A stretch of DNA of 64,000 bases. It comes from Candidatus Latescibacterota bacterium (GTDB lineage: Bacteria > Latescibacterota > UBA2968 > UBA8231). Shown here one piece after another: positions 57,614 to 64,000 of the stretch (its first letter is position 1; each line of letters starts with the position of its first letter). The notes beneath the pieces were generated by a model. The model was given only the letters and a program-made list of their open reading frames with translations, had not been told where the DNA came from and searched no databases. The stretch spans positions 5,504,001-5,568,000 of the forward strand of contig CBDETK010000013.1 in NCBI GenBank assembly GCA_965242865.1, in the 5' to 3' direction. The translations under genes were made by a program, and so were the position numbers.

Positions 57614-59344
57614 ATGGCGAGAGCAAACGAAAACATTCGCTACGAGCCGGACGAGCGCCCCCCCCACTCGGTCGCCGCTGGCGTCGGCTTTCAGGCTGCG
57701 GTGGTCATCATCGCGCCGGTGGTGCTCAGCGCGGTCATTATTGGTCGGGCGGCCAATCAGCCGGAGAGCTACCTGACGTGGATCGCCTTCGCGGCCCTGC
57801 TGGTCAGTGGAACGAGCACGATTCTACAAGCGGCCCGGCTCGGGCGGGTCGGGGCCGGGCACGTGCTCATTATGGGCACCTCTGGAGCCTTCATCGCGGT
57901 CTGCATCACGGCCTTGGTGAAGGGCGGACCGTCCCTGATGGCGAGCCTGATCGTGGTGTCGTCGCTGTTTCAGTTTGCGCTGGCCGCCCGGCTTTCACTG
58001 CTGCGCCGGATTATCACGCCGGTGGTCGCCGGCACGGTGATCATGCTCATCGCCGTCACGGTCATGCCGATCGTGTTCGACTTGCTGGAGGACGTGCCCG
58101 AAGACCTGTCGTCGGCCGCGGCGCCGGCCACGGCCGGGGCGACGCTCGCGACGCTTGTGGCGTTGGCCCTGTGCGCTCCGGTGAGTTGGCGATTATGGGC
58201 ACCGCTCATCAGCATCGTGGTGGGCTGCGCGGTGGCCGCCCCGTTTGGCCTGTACGACATTCAGCCCGTACTCGAAGCGTCTTGGATCGGTTTTCCCGCT
58301 AACGAGTGGCCGGGGTTGGACCTGAATTTTAGCGCGGAGTTCTGGGCGTTGCTGCCAGCGTTTGTGGTCGTCACCATGGTTGGCGCGATCGAGACCATTG
58401 GCGACGGCGTCGCCATTCAGCGGGTCTCACGGCGTCGGCCGCGGGCCACTGATTTTCGCCTAGTCCAAGGCGCACTCAACGCCGATGGCATGGGCAACCT
58501 GTTGTCCGGGCTGATCGGGACGCCCCCCAATACGACTTACTCTAGCAGTATATCGCTCGCCGAACTCACCGGGGTCGCCGCGCGCCGCGTCGGGGTGTAC
58601 GTCGGGGCCATCTTTGTGGTGCTGGCCTTATCGCCCAAGGTGACGGCCCTCCTGATCGCCATTCCCAATCCCGTCGGGGCGGCTTATGTCACCCTGCTAA
58701 TAGGTCTGCTTTTCGTGCAAGGGATGAAATTGATCGTTGAGGACGGTCTCAATCACCGCAAGGCCACGGTGGTGGGGCTGTCGTTCTGGCTCGGCGTAGG
58801 CTTTCAGAATCAGGTGATTTTCGCCGACTTGCTGAGCGGGACGTGGGGCACTCTGCTCGGCAACGGCATGACCGCTGGCTGTCTTACGGCGATTGTGTTG
58901 ACCGCATTCATGGAGCTAATGGCTGCGCGTCGCCGACGCCTAGAGGTCGAGTTAGCCAGCACCTCCATGCCCAAAATCGACGAATTCCTCCGCGCCTTTG
59001 CCGCGAAAGTCGGCTGGGACGATGCGGCGACTGAGCGGCTGCGCGCCACCGGCGAAGAGACCTTGGCGATTCTGACCCAACAAGCGGGAGACGATGCGGC
59101 CGCGCACGGCCGGCACTTGATCCTCACCGCACGGCCGGCCGAAGGGTCGGTGGAGTTGGAGTTTTTGGCCGCGGTCGCCGGAGAAAATCTCGAAGATCGG
59201 CTGGCGTTCCTGAGCGAACAGCCCGAGATACTAGACGAAAGCGAGGTTTCGTTTCGCCTGTTGCGGCACTACGCCTCTTCGGTGCGGCACCAGAAATACC
59301 ACGACCTAGACATCATTGCGGTGCAGGTCGAGCGCGCGCCTTAA
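57614..59344 (+). CDS. NCS2 xanthine/uracil permease with extra C-terminal soluble domain
   Basis: SG.STILQ, GTSGAF, P.VAGTVI, ETIGD and ADG.G...G..PNTTYS motifs. Confidence 0.85.
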   Translation: MARANENIRYEPDERPPHSVAAGVGFQAAVVIIAPVVLSAVIIGRAANQPESYLTWIAFAALLVSGTSTILQAARLGRVGAGHVLIMGTSGAFIAVCITALVKGGPSLMASLIVVSSLFQFALAARLSLLRRIITPVVAGTVIMLIAVTVMPIVFDLLEDVPEDLSSAAAPATAGATLATLVALALCAPVSWRLWAPLISIVVGCAVAAPFGLYDIQPVLEASWIGFPANEWPGLDLNFSAEFWALLPAFVVVTMVGAIETIGDGVAIQRVSRRRPRATDFRLVQGALNADGMGNLLSGLIGTPPNTTYSSSISLAELTGVAARRVGVYVGAIFVVLALSPKVTALLIAIPNPVGAAYVTLLIGLLFVQGMKLIVEDGLNHRKATVVGLSFWLGVGFQNQVIFADLLSGTWGTLLGNGMTAGCLTAIVLTAFMELMAARRRRLEVELASTSMPKIDEFLRAFAAKVGWDDAATERLRATGEETLAILTQQAGDDAAAHGRHLILTARPAEGSVELEFLAAVAGENLEDRLAFLSEQPEILDESEVSFRLLRHYASSVRHQKYHDLDIIAVQVERAP

Positions 59345-59508
59345 GAAGCGGTCTGCAAACTCTGGTGGACTACTTCTTGAAGTCCGTCGCGCTGTTTTTT
59401 CTTTTAGTGTTTACCTTCGGACTACTGCACTGGCAGTCTCAGTACTTTGTTGACACTCTCGAAATTTTAGCCAGATATTCCCAATGGTACAAACCGGAGG
59501 CGATTGCT

Positions 59509-59787
59509 ATGTCCGATCTGAGTGACCGTGTAGGTCGTATAGAGGGGGAACTCAATCATCTAGCGACAAAATCGGATTTGGTCCAGGTGGAGGCCGAGGT
59601 GAAGGCTGAGTTGGCCGAGGTGAAGGCTGAGTTGGCCGAGGTGAAGACTGAGTTGCTTGTGCAAATAGCTTCAATCGAAGGGCAACTGAGTATCTTGATT
59701 TGGGCGATCCCTATCGCTGTTGCTATTGTTTCTTTACTTATGCAGTGGGCCGCTCCCTATCTGTTTCAGCGTAAGAGCCAGACATAA
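59509..59787 (+). CDS. Small coiled-coil protein with C-terminal TM helix (DUF1640/CCDC90-like)
   Basis: GGAGG RBS; LATKSDL motif; 21-bp tandem repeats encoding AEVKAEL. Confidence 0.75.
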   Translation: MSDLSDRVGRIEGELNHLATKSDLVQVEAEVKAELAEVKAELAEVKTELLVQIASIEGQLSILIWAIPIAVAIVSLLMQWAAPYLFQRKSQT

Positions 59788-59932
59788 GGACAAGGCGGTT
59801 GACGTAATGAACGAGACGATGGTTAAGCATTTCACATCAGGCAGGGGTCTTGCTGTGGGGCAAAACCCTGTTGGGTGCTTGGAATCGTCGTCAAATTTAA
59901 TGTGTCGTAAGTCCTTGAAAAACAACGACTTA

Positions 59933-59948
59933 CCCCCCCCCCCCCCCC
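59933..59948 (+). repeat. C16 homopolymer next to a GTAAGTC...GACTTAC palindrome
   Basis: Read directly; lies in the short ORF 59807-59977. Confidence 0.85.
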
Positions 59949-59960
59949 GAAAATTCTCCG

Positions 59961-60204
59961 CTAGCACCAAGCACTAAACGCTCTACTTTTCTGCATCGGC
60001 CGACGGATCGTGCGCGGCTGTTGGGCGTCGCGTCGGTCTGGCCGCACGATCCCAAGCGCACGCGACCGTGCGGCCTTTATGATCTAGCACTAAGCACCAC
60101 ACTCTCCACTTCTCAGCATCGGCCGACGGATCGTGTGCGGCCATTGGGCGTCGCGTCGATCTGGCCGCACGATCCCAAGCGCACGCGACCGTGCGGCCTT
60201 TATG
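59961..60204 (+). repeat. Two tandem 123-bp repeats with internal inverted repeats
   Basis: Units begin CTAGCAC at 59961 and 60084; each contains GGATCGTG...CACGATCC. Confidence 0.9.
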
Positions 60205-60424
60205 CTGATCCACGTTTACTGCACGACCCCCGCAACCCGTCTGCCAAAAACCGAGGGCGGAATCTCCTCGCCCCGGACGCCGCCAGAACACTAGCAAAGA
60301 CGCACCCAAAGCAAGGGGCGCGTACTGAGTGCTCCAAGCATAGCCCTAGGGCTAACTCCGCCTCTTTGGGTGCGTCATGCCTCTCTTCCAATCTCCACAC
60401 CATATCCATACAAAGGAGCGAAAA

Positions 60425-62179
60425 ATGTCTTTGTTGAAATCGACAAAAACCCTGCTTGCGTTCGTCCTTTTGGGCGTCGTCGGCACTTGGATCGGCTGCT
60501 CAGACTCCGCGCCGGTCGCTTCTCGGCCAGCGGGCAAAGCCACCTGTTCCTTATGCGAATTCTTGGGCGACGACACCTACACCGCTACCGACGGGCTGCC
60601 CGCCCCGGAAAGCCCTGATACCACCCAGACCGACGCCGAAGCCGACAGTACACAAGCCGAGACCGACGCTGACGCCGATAGCACTCAATCGGCCACCGTG
60701 GAGTTTGCCGACGCCAATCTGGAGCGGGCGGTGCGAGAGGCGTTGGACCGCCCGTCAGGGCCGCTGACCCCGGCAGACTTGGCGGCCCTAACCGAACTCG
60801 ACGCGAGCTACAAAAACATTGAGAGCGTGGCCGGCCTCGAACACGCAACAGCACTGACAACGCTGTATCTGCGGGGCAACGCGATTACCGACGTGCAGCC
60901 GTTGGCCAGCTTGACCAACCTTCAAACGTTGTCGCTGTGGGGCAACAAGGTGGCGGATGCGAGTCCGCTGGCCAGCCTGATCCGCTTACGTACGCTGGAT
61001 ATGTGGGGCAACGCGATTACCGACGTCAGTCCGTTAGCTCGCCTAACGAACCTGCAATTTCTCCAGCTAGGGGACAACGCGATTGCGGACGTGAGTCCGT
61101 TGGCGAGCCTGACGAACCTGCGATGGCTGGGCGTGATGGAAAACGCCCTCAGCCAGCACGCAGCCAACCAACAACTCGCCGCCGCGATAACAAGCGGCCT
61201 CCGCGTCGTAGCGGTACTAGAAAAATACCCCCGCGTCGAAACCGTCCAAGTCTATCCAGAGCTGCCGGAACCGACATACGCACGCCCCGCCATATACTTC
61301 ACGGACGATGACAGGGGATCATATACAGATGAAAATGACAGACAGTCTCGGATTTGGCGTGCCAACTTGGATGGCACAGGCGACCAATCCTTCGTCCTCC
61401 CTGTAGAATATGCTGAAGGACCTTTTGGACCCGAAGCCCAAGGAAGTCATCCAACAGGCATCGCGGTGGATGTGGTGAACAGAAAGATATACTGGACGGA
61501 CGGGGTCCTAAGCGCTTCGATACGGCGTTCCAACTTGGATGGCAAAGGCACGGAAACCCTCGTCTCGGGATTGGGGACGACAGCGGGCATCGCGCTGGAT
61601 GTGGAGAATGGAAAGATATACTGGATGAATGCGGATACTCTTGGGTCTTTCAACTTGGAGGACAGAGACCGCCAAAACCTCGTCATCGATGACTTGAATG
61701 AGCCAGCCAGCATCGCGCTGGACGTGGAGAATAGAAAGATATACTGGACGAACTGGGGCGAAGATAAGATTGAGTATGCCAACTTGGATGGGGATGGCGG
61801 TGTCTCAAGCCGCCAAGAATTCCTTGCGAGTGCTATGAATGGCGATCCGGCCGATTGGGCATCGGGCCTCGCGCTGGATGGGGTGAACAGAAAGATATAC
61901 TGGGTGACTTACTCGCGCGATTCGATGGATTCGGATCGGAGCAAAATTATGTGGGCCAACTTGGCTGGGGATGGCTCATTGGATGGGGGCGCCCAAGACT
62001 GCATCACCACGGGGTTGACGACGGCATGGGGCCTCGCGGTGGATGCGGCGGGCGGAAAGATATACTGGGTGGACAGGGCCGCGCGGACGGTTGGGCGCGC
62101 CAACTTGGATTGCTCAGAACAAGAAGACATCATCACGGGGTTGCGATTTCCACTGTACATCGCGCTGGGTGTTTGGTAG
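60425..62179 (+). CDS. Lipoprotein with internalin-like LRRs and a YWTD (LDL-receptor class B) beta-propeller
   Basis: AAGGAG RBS; WIGC lipobox; 22-aa LxxLxLxGNxIxDVSPLAxL repeats; GIAxD...KIYW repeats. Confidence 0.88.
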   Translation: MSLLKSTKTLLAFVLLGVVGTWIGCSDSAPVASRPAGKATCSLCEFLGDDTYTATDGLPAPESPDTTQTDAEADSTQAETDADADSTQSATVEFADANLERAVREALDRPSGPLTPADLAALTELDASYKNIESVAGLEHATALTTLYLRGNAITDVQPLASLTNLQTLSLWGNKVADASPLASLIRLRTLDMWGNAITDVSPLARLTNLQFLQLGDNAIADVSPLASLTNLRWLGVMENALSQHAANQQLAAAITSGLRVVAVLEKYPRVETVQVYPELPEPTYARPAIYFTDDDRGSYTDENDRQSRIWRANLDGTGDQSFVLPVEYAEGPFGPEAQGSHPTGIAVDVVNRKIYWTDGVLSASIRRSNLDGKGTETLVSGLGTTAGIALDVENGKIYWMNADTLGSFNLEDRDRQNLVIDDLNEPASIALDVENRKIYWTNWGEDKIEYANLDGDGGVSSRQEFLASAMNGDPADWASGLALDGVNRKIYWVTYSRDSMDSDRSKIMWANLAGDGSLDGGAQDCITTGLTTAWGLAVDAAGGKIYWVDRAARTVGRANLDCSEQEDIITGLRFPLYIALGVW

Positions 62180-62327
62180 GCATGGAGGTTCACCTGCCCG
62201 GCTGGCATGGCGTTGAGGCGACGGGCTAAAGCCGAGCGGGAAGGACAGCGACCGCCTCTACGGCTTGTTCAAAACGACCCAAGGTAGAATTTGCGGAGCA
62301 GACCGCTTCTAACCCCCTCCGAACCCA

Positions 62328-63380
62328 TTAGAAGGTGCGCCGGACGAGAAAGTCGAGCATCTCGCCCAGCATGTCGCGCGCGGGGTTGGCCGGAAGCCGC
62401 GCGAGGTGCGCCCAGCTCTCTTCGGCCTTCTGCTCGCACACCCGCTCGACGTAGCGGTCACATTCGTAGTGCTCGACCAAGGCGATGACGCGCTCGATCT
62501 CAGCGACCGTGTTGCGCTGCCGCTCTTGGTGCAAGATCGCCAGCACTTCCGCGCGCTCGGCCGCCGTGCATTTGCCCAACAGGTCGATGATGATCAAGGT
62601 CCGCTTCCCCTCGGCAATATCCCCACCCCGCTCCTTGCCGTAGGCCCCGGAGGTAATCCCGGGTGCAGACCCGGCGTCTTGCTCGGAAGAGCGCATGTTC
62701 AGCAGGTCGTCGCGGAGCTGGAACGCGATGGCCATGGCCTCGCCAAAGTCGCCGATACCAGCGCGCAACTCCGCGTTGGCGCCGGCGATAATCGCCCCGG
62801 CCGTACACGGCCCCCGGCCAGTGTACCACCCGGTCTTTTTGCGCAACATGGTCATAAACTCGGCCTCGCTGGGAATGTAGCGATGGCGAATCCAGCCGAC
62901 GTCATACGCCTGCCCCTCAAACGTCTCGCACGAGCCGCGGATCATCTCGTCCATCAAATCGAGCGCGACCTTTGCTCCCAACCCCTCGCGGTTCGCGCAG
63001 AGGATTTCAAAGACCTTGGCGTATAGGGCATCGCCGACGTTGATGGACAATGGGATGCCGTGCAGCTTGTGCAAACAGGGCTTGCCGCGCCGCAGCTCGG
63101 AATCGTCTTCAATGTCGTCGTGGACCACGGCAAATGACTGAAACATCTCAAAGGCCACGGCCGTCCGCATGGCTTTCTTCACGTCGCCGCCGCAGGCTTG
63201 GCACGCCAAGAGCACCAGCACCGGGCGAAAGCGCTTGCCGCCGCGCTCCGGGTAGTCGCGCATCAGCCGATATAGAAATGCTTCGGGCTCGCGCACGACG
63301 AGGAACGACAGCAGCTCCTCTTCTAGCTTTGGAACGTAGTGGTGCAAAAATTGGCGCAAGCCTTGGACAACCGCAGCCAT
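62328..63380 (-). CDS. Polyprenyl diphosphate synthase (GGPP synthase-like)
   Basis: GGKRFRP, HDDIED..RRG, GQ..D, KT and FQLRDD motifs. Confidence 0.9.
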   Translation of the reverse strand: MAAVVQGLRQFLHHYVPKLEEELLSFLVVREPEAFLYRLMRDYPERGGKRFRPVLVLLACQACGGDVKKAMRTAVAFEMFQSFAVVHDDIEDDSELRRGKPCLHKLHGIPLSINVGDALYAKVFEILCANREGLGAKVALDLMDEMIRGSCETFEGQAYDVGWIRHRYIPSEAEFMTMLRKKTGWYTGRGPCTAGAIIAGANAELRAGIGDFGEAMAIAFQLRDDLLNMRSSEQDAGSAPGITSGAYGKERGGDIAEGKRTLIIIDLLGKCTAAERAEVLAILHQERQRNTVAEIERVIALVEHYECDRYVERVCEQKAEESWAHLARLPANPARDMLGEMLDFLVRRTF

Positions 63381-63408
63381 GTTCAGCCTTTCGTCGGGAA
63401 GGGCGCAT

Positions 63409-63993
63409 CTACCATCGGGGGCGCTCCACTTGCACCTCGGGATGCGAGACAATTAAATGCCATATAACGGCTTGGAAGGATTCCGTCAGCGGCGTGACCG
63501 CATCCGGGGCGACCGTCGGCACAATCGCGCAGGCGTCCGCGACTTGGGCCGTAAAGCCGCCATCTCGCCCGACGATGCCGCAGATTTTGGCCCCGACCTC
63601 TTGGGCGAACTCCAGCGCGGCCACCAAGTTGACGCTGGTGTTCAGCGGGCGATTGCCCCCGCCGACCGACAAGATCAAGACCAGATCCCGTTCGTTTAAG
63701 CGGCTGCCCTTGAGCCAGTTGGCCAAGCTGGTGTCCCAGCCCTCGTCGTTGATGCGGGCCGTCAGCTCCGAGACGTTGTCCGTCGGGGCATAAGCCTCAA
63801 TGCCGGCCAGCTTGCGAAAGTCGTTGACCGCGTGGCTGGCATTGGCCGCGCTGCCCCCCACGCCGAGGATAAAAAGCCGCCCCCCGCGCTGACGGGTCTC
63901 CACGCAGAGCCGCACCATCGCTTCGATCGCATTGCGGTCGAGCTGCTCAATGACTTGAGCGGCCGCGGCCAAGTACTGTTGGCTGTAACTCAT
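63409..63993 (-). CDS. gmhA: SIS-domain phosphoheptose isomerase-like protein
   Basis: GVGGSAANASH, TARIND, SVGGG and GRDGG motifs. Confidence 0.75.
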   Translation of the reverse strand: MSYSQQYLAAAAQVIEQLDRNAIEAMVRLCVETRQRGGRLFILGVGGSAANASHAVNDFRKLAGIEAYAPTDNVSELTARINDEGWDTSLANWLKGSRLNERDLVLILSVGGGNRPLNTSVNLVAALEFAQEVGAKICGIVGRDGGFTAQVADACAIVPTVAPDAVTPLTESFQAVIWHLIVSHPEVQVERPRW

Positions 63994-64000
63994 GGGCTGG

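Larger units (their letters stand above)
59345..62309. mobile_element. Candidate non-autonomous cargo element bounded by inverted repeats
   Basis: TAA|GAAGCGGTCTGC...GCAGACCGCTTC|TAA; ends resemble MITE family B. Confidence 0.5.

Noticed and set aside
59961-60204. Possible CRISPR array
   Set aside because: Only two 123-bp units, the linkers are similar to each other rather than unique spacers, and no cas genes are present.
61330-62110. Nucleotide repeats as a DGR template or shufflon
   Set aside because: Explained by YWTD blade repeats; no reverse transcriptase or invertase nearby.

Overview
GC-rich bacterial DNA with no rRNA, tRNA, CRISPR array, integrase or transposase that I could find. 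The gene content (FlgD/CHU_C-tailed secreted proteins, a C-terminal 'TWGQIK' protein, CRTAC1/ASPIC-UnbV, TPR, LRR/YWTD and DUF6785-type proteins) suggests an FCB-related candidate phylum such as Ca. Latescibacterota, possibly host-associated; this is inference. Layout: (1) 1-3640, end of a TerY-P type vWA/PP2C/kinase locus; (2) 3.8-8.5 kb, sulfatase, fdhD, TIM-barrel protein and M28 peptidase; (3) 8.7-23.9 kb, uncharacterised envelope cluster of three paralogous FlgD-tailed proteins, two paralogous ~930-950 aa probable outer-membrane proteins, a TPR lipoprotein and a TWG-motif protein; (4) 23.9-38.7 kb, defence island with type I R-M (fused HsdM-HsdS), Fic, HicAB pairs, an unknown AT-richer two-gene module, a DUF5131-TcmP fusion, an AAA ATPase and many duplication/deletion scars; (5) 38.8-56.5 kb, more envelope genes (PPIase, receptor-L lipoprotein, polytopic membrane proteins, three CRTAC1-like proteins, TPR); (6) Tsx-like porin and NCS2 permease; (7) a ~3 kb unit bounded by inverted repeats and TAA, carrying a poly-C leader, 123-bp tandem repeats and an LRR-YWTD lipoprotein; (8) prenyl synthase and a GmhA-like SIS protein. 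Several MITE/REP families occur between genes and one lies in frame inside a gene. All family calls come from motif recognition by eye, not database searches.
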